The notes: generated by a model not told the origin, from the letters alone. Positions 13,953 to 27,535 are shown, counted from the stretch's first letter. The stretch: 64,000 nt of DNA from Octopus vulgaris (GCA_951406725.2 OX597818.1:132122001-132186000); one strand, 5' to 3'. Numbers and translations are program-made.

Positions 13953-14282
13953 AAGATCTTTTTTAATTATATATCTTCATATTCTGCCCTATTCAATCTT
14001 ACTTTAGACCCCACCAGGGTCAATAAATTATGTACCAGTAAAGTACTAAAGTTGATTAAATTGACATCCCTTCTTGGAATTTTGTGGCCATATGATTGCG
14101 TTAGAAACTATCATGAAGTGCTACCCTCCACTGAATTTGCTTAAAGGTTGGTGAGAGTGGTGATAACAGACTGCATGAATGGATTCTCAGTACATGCCTG
14201 TGGGCTGAAGAAAACAGCTTGGACATAGCACATACTCTTGACAAAGGGGGCAAAATTGGATCTTTTTTTTTTTGCTCTAGAC

Positions 14283-14482
14283 CAGGGGTGGGCAAACTAC
14301 GGCCCGCCATAGGTTTTCATGCAGCCTGCCGAGAGCTTTTATGAATCCCAACTTCTATGCAGATACTTTGTAACTGTTTCAGTTGTACAGTAATTCACAA
14401 TATTTTCACTTGATTTTTATAAATGAGGCCCGCCAAGGTTCCAAAGATGCACTGTGTGGCCCACGATCAAAAAAGTTTGCCC
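14283..14482. mobile_element. hAT (Charlie/Buster-type) MITE, right end clipped
   Basis: Left end CAGGGGTGGGCAAACT, subterminal ggcccg motifs, right end AGTTTGCCC; preceded by ctctagac, matching the NTCTAGAN target preference of Charlie-type hATs. Confidence 0.75.
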
Positions 14483-15008
14483 GAGTACCAGTTGAGTACT
14501 GGGGTCAGCATGATTGGCTAGCCCCTTCCATCAAACATTTTAGGCTTTGTACCTATAGTAGTAAGGATTCTTAAGGTATGGAATGAGTGTTGATTAAATA
14601 TCTTTAGTTTAGTTTCTCTTTAATTTCAGTTCAAATTCTGCAATTTGTTGCCATGTAAGGGGAAGTTGTATGAAATCTTGTGTATTGCACATAGGAATGT
14701 GCCTATGTGCAGTATTCAAAACAACCTGTTTTGAATATTATTGTGTTTTGTAGTGATTTATGAACAAATTGTAGATCAACAGGTAGGTAGATAGATAAAG
14801 TGAGAGAGAGAGAGAGAGAGAGAGAGATACATACAGACAGATAGATAGAGAGTGTGTGTGTGTATCTGTAATAGATAGACCAGGACAGTCTCAAATTTTT
14901 GTTAAAAATTACTTAAAATTATTATTTCTGTTTGTCATAATTTACAAATCTGAACTATCCTATAAAAATTTTGTCTCTCTTATCAAAGTTAGAGAAACTA
15001 AAATATAC

Positions 15009-15034
15009 TTTTTTTATTTTCTTGTATGTTTCAG
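15009..15034 (+). other. 3' splice acceptor (polypyrimidine tract + AG)
   Basis: ttttttttattttcttgtatgtttcAG directly precedes the switch to coding-like composition. Confidence 0.8.
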
Positions 15035-16516
15035 AACCATGCCCAGTGCCTAGTATCAAAAGGAAAGTTATCAGAATGATGGACATAGAGTCTCCCACTT
15101 ATATGCGAAACCCTACACCCCTCCAAAGCCAACAAACACCTAGAACAATGGTTATAGAAGCACAGTCTCCTACTCTTCCAACCCGACCTTTGACCATAGA
15201 GCCTCCCCGAACCCTCTCTATGGATTCTCCCAATAGTAGACAGCTGACAGTTGATCCACCACTTACTCCACAATCTCTAACTCCTTCTGCACGGCCAGTC
15301 ACTCTTGAATCTCAGACACAGCCGATTCTCATGAGACCAATGCCACTAGCACAAACACCATCACCCCCTGCCCCCACCGGATCTCCTGTTGTAGAGCCCC
15401 TCAATCTACATGACCCCAGACCCATCACTCCAGAAGCATCACCTCCAGATAATTCATCTAGTCAATGTGTACCTGATGACATAACTATGGATTCTCCACT
15501 TGATTTGCCCCAGCAACTGCAGCAGCAATCACTATTAGGTGAGAACAATGGCCATAATGGAAGTTTAACCACACCACCTGTACTTGAAATGCCATCTTCA
15601 GATGTACTTTCTGATCACCACCCCATAGAGAATGGTTCGTCTTCATTGTCTGTTCCAAGTCCAATCTCTGCTGAAGATGACATTGAAATGAAGAACAGTC
15701 CCAGCGCTCTTGGCCAATCCTCTGATAAACATAAATCTCGACGAAAGCGATCTTTGGAGGACATCATTAGTAAGATTAGAGACAGTAGTTACACTGGTAA
15801 AGAGAATGAAGACATTTTGCACCATGTCAAAGAAGGGCGCTTTTTCCTTGATGAAGGAGATGACCTGATGCAGCATATCAAGGAAAACAGTAGCCTGTGC
15901 AGTGAAGAAAGCGAAGAAGAACATGTAAGCGATTCATTAACGTCTGACAAAAAAATTGTTGAGGAAGAAGACAACAAATCACTGGCTGATGACAGCAGAC
16001 AGATGATTCCTATGTCCACATCTTTCCCAGAGAAGAAAGACCTTGACCTACATGCCCCATTGAACATTCCAGAACACAAAAAATTCACTCACAATGCACT
16101 TGATCTCTTGGCTTCCAACAGTGGTGATACTGCTTTTCCACACCCTGCTTTGATGACTTCCAAGTTGAATGGGTGGCTTCACTCCCCTTTCAATGGTCTT
16201 GGTCCACTTCCTTTCCCAACCCATCCCGTAGACCATACCTTGGCAGCTCGATACCTCCCAGTCTTTGCTAACAAATTCACTAGTCCGCCTGAAGGAGGAG
16301 AAAAGGACTATCTTAAATGTCAGTATTGTGAAAGAACATTCCGTCGACAAAAAAACTTGGAGAACCACGTTGAAAACACGCATCATGGAAAGGGACCGAA
16401 CAACAAGCGTAAATCTGGAGACTCTGTGCAAGGGGATATGTACTTTAAATGCACACATTGTCCTTACACAACCAAACATCAGAGCAACCTTTATGTCCAT
16501 CTGCGGATTCACACGG
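15035..16516 (+). CDS. Internal coding exon of a C2H2 zinc-finger transcription factor (Pro/Ser-rich region, acidic region, two C2H2 fingers; partial gene)
   Basis: Lies in the 531-aa ORF. Pyrimidine tract plus acceptor tttcAG at 15033-34; donor G|GTAGGT after 16516 splits the H-T-G linker (phase 1). Fingers CQYCERTFRRQKNLENHVENTH (~16318-16383) and CTHCPYTTKHQSNLYVHLRIH (~16450-16512). Length 1482 = 494 codons. Confidence 0.92.
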
Positions 16517-16522
16517 GTAGGT
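16517..16522 (+). other. 5' splice donor GTAGGT
   Basis: Falls inside the Gly codon of the zinc-finger TGE(K/R)P linker, a common intron position; T-rich sequence follows immediately. Confidence 0.85.
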
Positions 16523-17161
16523 TTTTCTTTCTTATCTTATATTTATCTAATTTCCATACATTTTAAATTTAATTTAGTTGATATATTTTGTTTTTATGAT
16601 TTCTTTTTAAAATGCACTTTCTGTGTTTGTTTACTATATGTGTACATTCACTTGTCTTTGCACCATATTCATATTGCTATTAATGGAAGAATTCTCTTTT
16701 GTTGAAGTAAAAAAAAATATAAATAAAGGTAGTGTTTTGAAACTGATTATCATCATGATTGTCATCTTCCTCGTCATTGTCGTCATCATCATCATCAATA
16801 TTATTATTATTATTATTATTATTATTGTCATCCTCATAATCCTTATTATCATCAACACCAGTAGCATAGTTAACCTTACCAAATTAATAGAATAGGGCCT
16901 AATTCTCAGCAAGATGATCCCGCAGACTGGTTCTAGTTTCTTGTCAAAAACAGTTCTCTTATGAGAAATCAAATCAAATCAACATAATTTCAGTCTACCC
17001 TTTATTTCAGTTGGGGTACAAGTAAAAAAAAAAGAAACAATCTTATCATTACTATTATTATTTAGAAAGGTGAAAAGGCCTGACGGAAGAAGAATAAGAT
17101 TACTAACTTTGTGAGTAGGAAAACATATCTTCCTGCAGTAAATTTATTATATTGAAATAAT

Positions 17162-17320
17162 AAAAGCACCCACTACACTCACAGAGTGGTTGGCATTAGG
17201 AAGGGCATCCAGCTGTAGAAACACTGCCAGATCAGACTGGGCCTGGTGCAGCCTCCTGGCTTCCCAGACCCCGGTCAAATCATCCAACCCGTGCTAGCAT
17301 GGAAAACCGACGTTAAATGA
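17162..17320 (+). mobile_element. Family E 3' fragment
   Basis: aaaagcacccactacactc...ggaagggcatccagctgtagaaacactgccag...gctagcatggaaaaccgacgttaaatga. Confidence 0.85.
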
Positions 17321-19072
17321 AATCTTTAGGCCTGCTATATACTTTTGCACTTGGTGGTAAACTTCCGATTATGAATAAAACATAAGCTCTCGAGTTTTTC
17401 AGTGAACAGGAATCATCTGCTTAGTTTTGATTCTTACTGGCAATGATTTTGCTCACCAAACTAATTCCATTGGATAGTGTTTAAATGTAACAAATTTCCC
17501 ATATATTCTTTGATAATAGAGAGGATGTGCCCTATGCTTTATTGAGAAAGTATCGTTAGAACTATATTTTTTAAAGGCGTGTATGTTACACAAGTTCTTT
17601 TTTCCTCTCCATCTGTTGGAACAAATTATTTGGTAGAATAGTAGACTACCAGCTTGTTGATCTGGAGTTTATTTCTTATAGTGTTTACTGGACAGTACAT
17701 GTAATTCTACTGTTCCTCACTTTATATAGCCATTGAAAACAGATATCTAGGGACATGTGAGAGAGTGGCCTCTTATTTTCAGAGATAAGCTTCCTGCCTT
17801 GAAAGCAAGTAGCAGTCCTTCATGAATTAATCATATCCCACAAAGCATTAATTTTCATATTGAATAGATTTGAAGTGTTATGCTCATGTAAGAAACCATG
17901 ATTGATCAACTCAGAGGAAACCATATCTGAAGTTTGCTACCTCTCTGTTCAGTTTTCTTTTCATCCAAGCCTCATCTTTGTTTGGTAAGGTAACAATCTA
18001 AATTATAGTCATGTTTGATTTGCCATTCATTCTTCTGAAGGTGATAAAATAAATACCAATCAGGCAATGTATTCAGTCAAAGAAACCACTCTCCTTCAAA
18101 AATATGTTGTTTCTGAAAGGACCCTATGGAGGAAGTACCTGAGGGCTTTGTCCCCATGACCTGCCCAAGAACAGTGGGCAGAGAAAATGAATGAATTATA
18201 ATTATTATGTTAGTATTTTAAGGTGATAAGTTGGCAGGATCACAAGAGCTTAAGAAAAATTACCGTGTGCTATTAACTCTTACCTTTTACATTGTTAGTT
18301 CAAATTCCCCAAGGACCAGCCTTGCCTTTCATCCATCGAGGGTCAGTAAAATCAAGTACTGGTGCAACTACTAAGATCAATGGAATTTACTCGCTTTCCA
18401 CTCAAAATTGTTGGCCTTATACCTAAATAACAAACCACCACCATCTTCATCATCATAATCATCATCATCACAATTAGCATCATTGTTTTGATATTAGAAG
18501 CTTCAGTCACAAAAAGATATTACTAGACATTAATTAAGTAAAAATAATAGTCACTGTTTTGAAATATCCCTACTTCTTAATACAATGAAATTATACAAAG
18601 AGTAATTTAAATTATTGCTTTTATGCCATTTCATAGATAAACTCTTTTAAAACACTCCTTATATGTATGTTGGTGAATTGAATGCTGTGTTATGTGTATT
18701 CATATTGTGTACTCCAACTTTCAGAAATCAAGCTAATGCATATGTTTGAAAGGTGTTTCAAACATAGAATATATATTGTATATGTTGATGGTGTAATTTT
18801 GGGGTATATTATTCTTCATGTTTCTTTTTGACATCTTTAATCTAGTCATATAATTAACCATTTTAATAACTAATATAAAATGAAAACATTTATCTATCAT
18901 TGTTTAACAATATTTTTCAAGTTTTATTTTAGGATTTCACTAACTGTGTATTCATGTAAATCTAAGTAGTTCATTTTTTTTTTGATATTATTATTTTTGT
19001 CTTCCTTTTTGTAATAAAGAGCACTGTATAATACAGATTGTTTACAAGTATCTTATAATTTAACAAATTTAA

Positions 19073-19292
19073 CCCTTTAGTGTTTAAACTGGCCATATCT
19101 GGCCCAAATATTCTAAATGTTTTATATTCAAACTGGTGATATCTAGCCTCTCACACCTAACCTACAATGTCATGCTAAAAATAAACAATCACATCACTGA
19201 AACCTCAAAGCTATAAGATAATGCATGATTAATTCAAAACAATTTGAGTGAAAAAGTATTATATTTAATAGAGTAATCTGAACACTAAAGGG
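19073..19292. mobile_element. piggyBac-type MITE (220 bp)
   Basis: TTAA at 19069-72 and 19293-96; perfect 12-bp TIR ccctttagtgtt / aacactaaaggg. Confidence 0.85.
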
Positions 19293-20710
19293 TTAATGCA
19301 TAAATCATACTTTAGGATTGTCTTATAACTTTAAAAATGTTTCATAATTCAAGTTCTCACCTCACTCCTGTCAGTTTGCCTGATATTACAGAGATAGCCA
19401 TCATCAGCATATGATCAGAAACATTGATAAAGTCAGTGCACTCAGCTATTCTTCTGATCACTCTGTCAATAGTAGATCATCAACACAGCATTGCAAACTC
19501 AGGAAATACCTGTGTTACAGAGATACAACTGCCTGATACTTCCAAAGTTTACACTGTGGTATCTGTTTTCATTTGGAATGTTGTGTTTTGCTCATGAACA
19601 CGATGTAGTGACATTATGATGCTTTATTCTAAATAATTTAAAACACGTCTATTTTGGCTTGAGTTTTTTTCTTTTTTTTTTTCTGTTTCTGTCTAATCAA
19701 GAAAAAAGTTATTTAGTATAAAGAACATATTGGTTGTGTGAATGAGATGTGAGACCAGTGACCACATTATATAATGCTATATGATTTTTGCAAGGCATGT
19801 AACACTTCTTATCTTAGCATTAGCTAAGGGCAGCAGTTACTTATTCCATCATATATATATACTCAGTATACAAATATTCAAATCTGTAAAAAAAGAATAA
19901 TAAATAAATAAATAAACTATCCCGTCTATGTATTAGCAAAAAATATAAGAATTTCAGCAGCTGTGCTCACTATTCAAAACTGATTTGGATCAATGTCATT
20001 TTATATATCGGTCATTTTAAAAAAAATATTCACTTTCTCTCATAGATACACACAGACTTGTATGTAAATAAAATTGTGCAGTATAAGTTGTTCATAGACT
20101 AATCTAATTTTTTTACCCTCTTTGCTTCCCTTAGGTCATTCCTGAAATCTTAATTGTTACCACACACAAGCTAATAAAAAAGTAAGAAAGAATAGAAAAC
20201 ATTTGTCAGTTTTATAGGGCCCTTCCTAATCATACTTTTCTCAAATGTCAGCTGCATATTTCTACAGAGTATTGTTTTTACAACAAGGGTATGATTGAAC
20301 CATTGAGTGTTAAATCTCTTTGTAGCAATGCTGCAACCAACCAAATTATTGACAGATTATGAAATGTCAATTCTATTCGTTCATTAGTTTTATATTCATA
20401 TGAATTCCTACTAATATGACCAGTTATGTCATTTAATATACTTTGTTAATGTTTTTTTAGTTAATTTTTAAAATAATAAGTAATTTGGAAGGACTCAGTA
20501 AAGTAACTAACCATACCGTTGTTAAGATGTTTAGTAATTATCTTAACAGAAAATTTTTACATAATGATATTCTGGAATGTTTTAATTTAAATATGAATAC
20601 TTAGAAATAAGATGTAGTCTCATGAGGATTGTTCATCAAAGAGGTAAACAAATCTTGAATTTCTAATGATTCATTATAAGTTAAAGTAATTTCAATAAAA
20701 TCATGTATGC

Positions 20711-20845
<135 letters not shown>

Positions 20846-21326
20846 CATACATGCATACAGACATATATATGAATATCTGGACGTAGGCATAGCTGAGTAG
20901 TTATGGTCATTTTTCAGTCATGAAAGCCCATGTTTGATTACACCACATGGTATCTCAGGCCAGTGTTTTTTCCCCCCACATCCTCTGGTTGATCCATTGA
21001 CTTGTAAGTGTAATAGTGCTGAGAGAAAAACTATGTGGATGGACTGTACACTTAATCCAAAGAGCAACATTAATTACACACTGAGTGGTGATTTAACATG
21101 AGGATTACATTAAAGATAGAAGTGCCTGTGAAATACTCACCGACTTATACTATAATTTCATGAATAGCTAGTTCATTTGATTAAATGATGAGAGTATTCA
21201 TCATCATAACTGGTGGAGATCTATTTACTTTTGACTCTGTGTGCATATGTGCACCTATGCATATATGCATATATGCATATATATATATATAGTATTGTGT
21301 GTGTGTATGTATATATATATATATAT

Positions 21327-21390
<64 letters not shown>

Positions 21391-22159
21391 GTAGATAGGT
21401 AGATAGATAGACAGATATAAATTTAAGATGCATTGTATACATTGTAGTTTCTAATATAATCTTATCTTCATATATCTACAATAAACTTGCCAAAATTAAA
21501 ATTTAGTTATTATAAACTTAAATATTGAATTCACTTACAAACACTTTTTTGGCTAATTTTCATTATCTCTCAAATATTACTTAACTTATGCCTTAATGAT
21601 GATTATAATTATACATGCGTTTGTGTATGTGTGTGATGTGTGTGTATGCGTGTGCATATGTATGTGTGTATCTGTGTTTGTGTGTATGTATATGTATGTG
21701 TGTGTGCATGTGAAAAATACAATGTTTCTATATGTATACATAAAATTTAAATTATAGTTTAAAGAACCTTATGAAAAATTGTGAAATAGAAACTACAAGT
21801 ATCATTTTACATTAGATTATATAGCCTTGTAACGACTTCCGATTATTCAAACTTGCCTTGTCTTAGTATCTCATTACAATGATGAGTCATCAGGAATTAA
21901 TCTGCTGAGTGGTGGCAATTAGATTTTGGCACATCTTCACAAATATTCATTAACTATTACATCCACTTACTTGTACAATTTGTTGAGACATATGAGTATG
22001 GTTTATAGTTTGTTTCTTTACTTTGTTCATATTCATGATATTAAGGGAGTGTGAGAGAAAAAGAGAGGAGAAAGAGAGAGAGAGAGCAAGGTACACACAG
22101 AAACAAATATACAAAGATACAGATACTCACATATATAGATATTTTTTTTTATCTTATAA

Positions 22160-22304
22160 TGGTTTCAGTCATTGCACTGTGGCCACGCTGGGGTACTTAC
22201 TACCTTACAAAGTTTTGACTGACTCCAACACATTTTCTGTCAAGTATTTGCTTTATCATCACAGTTTGAGTCACAAAGTTATGTGACATTAAGTGATACA
22301 AATA

Positions 22305-22349
<45 letters not shown>

Positions 22350-22560
22350 CATAGATATTCACTCATGCAAGTACTCACACAAAACATACACATGCTTTCA
22401 GAGAACTTCCGTATAGTTTATGTCTAGTAAATTCTACTTGCCAGATATTGGTCAACTTAAGGCTAAAGCAGAAGACATGTTCATGGTATGATGCTGCAGG
22501 ATTGAACCTAGAACAATAGGGTTCCAAAATGAACTTCTAACCACACGATCATGCTTATTC
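22160..22560 (-). mobile_element. Degraded SINE family A
   Basis: tttcagtcattgcactgtggccacgctgggg tail, (CA)n middle, gattgaaccta...aacttctaaccacacg head. Confidence 0.65.
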
Positions 22561-22640
22561 CTATGTCATTCTTACCATCTTTGTTACTGGTTTAGCATCT
22601 GTTTTCCCAAACAGTATAGGTTGATCAGGTTTACAGTATC

Positions 22641-22788
22641 TCCCAGTGCGTAACTGGTACTTAATTTATCGACCCCGAAAGGATGAAACAAAGTCGACCT
22701 CGGCGGAATTTGAACTCAGAATGCAACGACAGACACAATACCGCTAAGCATTTCGCCCGGTGTGCTAACGATTCTGCCAGCTCACCGC
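22641..22788 (-). mobile_element. SINE family B lacking its 3' tail, with 15-bp TSD
   Basis: Matches the 5' part of 27311-27535; TSD caggtttacagtatc at 22626-22640 and 22789-22803. Confidence 0.9.
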
Positions 22789-23117
22789 CAGGTTTACAGT
22801 ATCACAGATTTCTACTCCTCTTGTTAATGCAGTAAATTTTTGATCTGTAAAATCGAACAATCTGTAATCCCATTACTATCTCTGATGTTATCTTACAATA
22901 CGTTTTCACTTTGCAACAATCATCTATTTATGTCAGATGTTTGTACAAGTATAGCACTGCTGTGTCCAGTACATGCATCGATTATGGCCCTACTCAGCTC
23001 AAACTCATTTGCCTTTCAAGCGAGCTGGTTTTGCTTGTCTTTCCAAATAAAAAAGTTCCTGGTTTATTCATTTCCATCAAAACTACACAGTTTCTCTGTC
23101 TGTCTGTCTCTCTTTCT

Positions 23118-23153
<36 letters not shown>

Positions 23154-23440
23154 ATCAGCTTGCTTGAAAGGCAAAGTGAGTGTGAGCTGAGAAGGGTCAT
23201 AATCAATGCATATACTGGACACAGCAGTGCCATACTTCTATAAACATCTGACATAAATAGATGATTCTTGCAATATATACATACACGCCCCCAAACATAC
23301 ACATACAGAAACATATTAAACACTGTTTAGGACAAAAGGAGAGGCCCTTATAATAGATGTATACAAAGATGGCTACACAGTAGATAGGAATGAGGGGCAT
23401 GAGTATATATGTGTATGCATGTGTATTTGATTTTATGAGA

Positions 23441-23490
<50 letters not shown>

Positions 23491-24803
23491 TGCATTTATT
23501 TAAACTATTACTAAGAATATTTTTTTTAAATATTCAAATAGTAGGTTTATTTCTGTTGTATGTTGATAGTTTTAGATGCCACAAATATTTTTACAAACTG
23601 CTTTAGAAACTTTGTCTTTGATTAATCATGGCATAATAACTGGAGCCAACAATATTCTGTTGATGCGCTATTAAATAAGATCGCTGCCAAATGATCGACT
23701 GTATTAGTTCATAAACTTTTATCTAATTTAGTTCAAAAACCCTTACTAACTCAGATCAAAACGTTTTCAAGATATGTTGTTTTGTTTCTGTGTAGAAAGC
23801 AATTTTCTATTGTCTTAATCATTGCCAATCTGAACTGATACTAAATAGGTATTATGATTTCCTGGGAGACTTACCTGTGGTAAGTCAGCTTGTCAAAGAG
23901 GATATGATTTTCTCTTTCTTATCTACAGTGTACTATGGGATCCAGAGTTCAGTATATATTGTTCTCTAGATTAAGAGAAGGGAGTGGCACACGAGAGAGA
24001 GAAAGAGAGAGAAAATGCATATTTTTAAGATTTATTTTTTGAAAAATTTCCTTTCATAAATTTAAACAGTTAAAAGAAATTTCCAAAGATTATTCTTAGA
24101 GTATTGGACAAAATACTTTGCAATGTTTAGTCATGTCCCTTTATATTTGTAGTCCAAATACTAGTGTTTACATTGCTATTTATGCATCTGGTTTAAAGTA
24201 TTAGTAACATCAAGAGTCAATTCAGTCTACATATATATGCGATCACTATTAATTATTTTGAGCATCCTGTTCATATGATAAATCTTTATTTTTAACATTA
24301 ATTAAATTTCAAAATATATTGATTCTGATTTAGAATAATTTTTGATTAATATATTTAAGACAAAAATTAATCAACAAAGTAATGATTAAACCAAGTAAAT
24401 TTATAAAAAAAGATAAATTATGAAGGACAGACAATATTTCCAACAAAGCTATTTAATATAGATATTGTTTATTTGATCTGACTAAGCTAAAATCTTTTGT
24501 CATCAATTTACAACATAGTTAATTTGAACATGTGGTGTTTATTAGAATTTTTTTAATATTTACCTTTGGACTTTTCTTTTGAATTGTTGAAGAGTAAATT
24601 ATTTTCTATTTTCATTACCTATACACACCTACACACACACACACACACACACATCAGCATGAAACATAGAAGTTAAATGATAACGATGATCTCGAAACTT
24701 GAAAAGTAATTTACCCTCCATCAAAGAAGGTATAAAAAAAGCATACATGTTATAGATGAATAAATTAGCTACTCATACATATATAGAGATAGATATACAC
24801 ATG

Positions 24804-24846
<43 letters not shown>

Positions 24847-24932
24847 GCAAAATGTATGTATATTGTGTATATTTCTGTGTGGATATATATATATATATAT
24901 ATATATATATTACACATATATCATATATAATT

Positions 24933-24975
<43 letters not shown>

Positions 24976-25560
24976 GAGAGGGAGAGGGAGAGGGAGCTGT
25001 TGTGTTTTCAGAATTTTCATTATACAATGTATATACACAACAAGAACATGTTCTAAATTATGGTAACCAGTTATACACTGCTTATTGATTTAAAAAACAA
25101 TATACTCCTTGCCTTTATGCCTTGTCTAAAAATAATCATCATCATTGTTGTCATAAGGAATCCTTTCATAATAATGATCTCAGTCTCGCATCATTAATCT
25201 AGTCAAATGGATTTTGGATGTCTTCTATAGTTGCAGGAGGTGATGGGTGTAACAGAGATACATATGGTTGAAGGGTGGAGAAAATGGTTGGGATCATTGC
25301 AGGGAAGGGAAAGGAAACCTCCAAAATGATAATCTGAACACATTTTGTAGATAAATAGGTATGTAGGTGTGTGTGGATACGGAAAGATAAGGTAGATAGA
25401 GGGTTGGTGGTTAGGAAACAGAGCAAGAAGCTACATAGAACAAAGCTTGATCTGTGTTGCATCGTTATTGTGAAGTCTTTGTTGGCTTTTTATTTAGGTA
25501 CTGCTTGTTTTATTATGCTTGTTGTTGTTGTTGTTGTTTAGTTTCCTAGAAAGAGACAAT

Positions 25561-25598
<38 letters not shown>

Positions 25599-26007
25599 GA
25601 TAAAGAAGAAAGACAAGAGAGAGAGGAACTCAACTTTTGACAGTAATAGGAAAGTCCTGACACAGCTATTTCAGTACAGTCTTTTGTATTGACAGAGCCA
25701 TTGAAATTCAGTGTCTTTCCAACATCTGTCACCTTCTTCCAATACTACCCAACTACTTGCCCTGTTTTTTTTTTTTTTTCCAACTAAGTCTCCCCCACAT
25801 CTTTCTCCAGCTTTGTTCTCTTATTTTCTCTCTTGTTCCATTCCAACCAACCCATCTTTGTATCTATCCATCTGTCATGTAATAATCTGTCATACACTTT
25901 ATCTATTGATATTTAACTGTCAGTCTATCTCTCAGGTTATCTGTCTATCTACATCTCTCTCTCTCTCTCTCACCTTGTTTATATACATACATTCACACAT
26001 GCACACA

Positions 26008-26068
<61 letters not shown>

Positions 26069-26098
26069 AAACATCCAGGTGTGTATATCTAATTGTCT

Positions 26099-26186
<88 letters not shown>

Positions 26187-26442
26187 GTAATTGGGGTAAA
26201 GAAAAACAACATTTGAGTAATGCAGGTGAGGAATTAGGCAAATTGTCAATGAAAGAAAATGAAGAAAAATATTAGTATCACTTTGTTATAGTTGTTTGAT
26301 GATCCTGTAATATCTGAGGAACAATTCATCTTATCAACACACTAGAATGATACACCTTTGATAAAAGGTTCCTTAGAATTCTTTGATTATTCTCTTTTTA
26401 TTTGAAAAGGGACTTTTTTTCAAAATATTGTGAGATCATTAA

Positions 26443-26662
26443 CCCTTCTGTTACCAACCCGGCTGAAACCGGCTTTGGCTCTGAGTACAAACCTCTTGTT
26501 TTCATAAGTTTTGAATTAAAATCTTCCACCAAACCTTAGTCGCAATTTAAGTTCCTAACACTAGCTGAATGATAACTAAGTTATTTTAATAAATTCTTTG
26601 TTATATTTAAAGTAATTGAGAGAAACACAGAGCATCTCAGAATAAATACAGTAATGAAAGGG
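26443..26662. mobile_element. piggyBac-type MITE (220 bp), second family
   Basis: TTAA at 26439-42 and 26663-66; ends cccttctgttac / gtaatgaaaggg. Confidence 0.85.
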
Positions 26663-26892
26663 TTAAACAACCTATGTAAGGTAATACAATATCTTTACAT
26701 TCATTGGCATACAGAAAAAAAAATGTCCAACATTATAGATGTATTACCTTTCTTGGAAAGTGATGATGCTTAGAAAAAGAAAGGGCATCAGGCCATGGAA
26801 AAATCTGCCTCAATAAATTCCAACCTTTGCAAGCACAGAAAAGTGCACGGTAAAACTAAAATGATGATGATGATGATGTGTGTATGTGTGTG

Positions 26893-26978
26893 TGTGGCAC
26901 CTTGGACAAGTGTGTTCTATGATAGTCACAGGCTAACCAAAGACTTATGAGTGGATTTCATTGACAGAAATTGAAACA

Positions 26979-27023
<45 letters not shown>

Positions 27024-27245
27024 TTGTGCTTGCATCTCGTTGTGTCCTGACATGTGATGGTTGTAAGCAAGTCATACAGGTTATGTAATTTTGTTTCAGT
27101 CTTCTGTGAAACATAACTGGTCAAAGGGGAATATTACCTGTCTTGGGAGCACATAAGAGCTGCAGAAAATCAGCCTCAACAAATTTTGTCTTGCTGATGA
27201 AAGCATAGAAAAGTGGATGTTAAACAAGCACTAAATTGATGATAC
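26893..27245 (+). mobile_element. Degraded SINE with family A middle and RTE-type tail (family F tail)
   Basis: gtggcaccttggacaagtg...(TG)n...atattacc...gaaaatcagcctcaacaaatt...aagcatagaaaagtggatgttaaa; related pieces at 26740-26878, 38820-39010 (-) and 61895-62098. Confidence 0.65.
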
Positions 27246-27310
27246 ACACACACACACACATATATATATATGTATGTATGTGTGTGTAATATATATATAT
27301 ATATATATAT

Positions 27311-27531
27311 AAAGGCGGCGAGCTGGCAGAAACGTTAGCACGCTGGGCGAAATGCGTAGCTGTATTTTGACTGCCATTACGTTCTGAGTTCAAATTCCGC
27401 CGAGGTCGACTTTGGCTTTCATCCTTTCGGGGTCGATAAATTAAGTACCAGTTACGCACTGGGGTCGACGTAATCTGTTTGTCTGTCCTTATTTTGTCCC
27501 CTCTGTGTGTAGCCCCTTGTGGGTAGTAAAG

Positions 27532-27535
<4 letters not shown>
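27311..27535 (+). mobile_element. tRNA-derived SINE family B, full length, inside (TA)n
   Basis: ggcggcgagctggcagaaacg..gagttcaaattcc head; central tttcatcctttcggggtcgataaattaagtacc (resembles a conserved SINE central domain); tail gccccttgtgggtagtaaagaaat. Confidence 0.9.

Noticed and set aside
14971-15034. N-terminal 21 aa of the 531-aa ORF
   Set aside because: Starts at TTG in intron-like sequence and covers the polypyrimidine tract; coding begins after the AG at 15034.
15031-16705. Antisense and alternative-frame ORFs overlapping the zinc-finger exon
   Set aside because: Shadows of a real coding exon; no recognisable domains.
17062-17085. aaagGTGAAAAGGCC as the next exon (GEK...)
   Set aside because: No pyrimidine tract, reads GEKA then stop.
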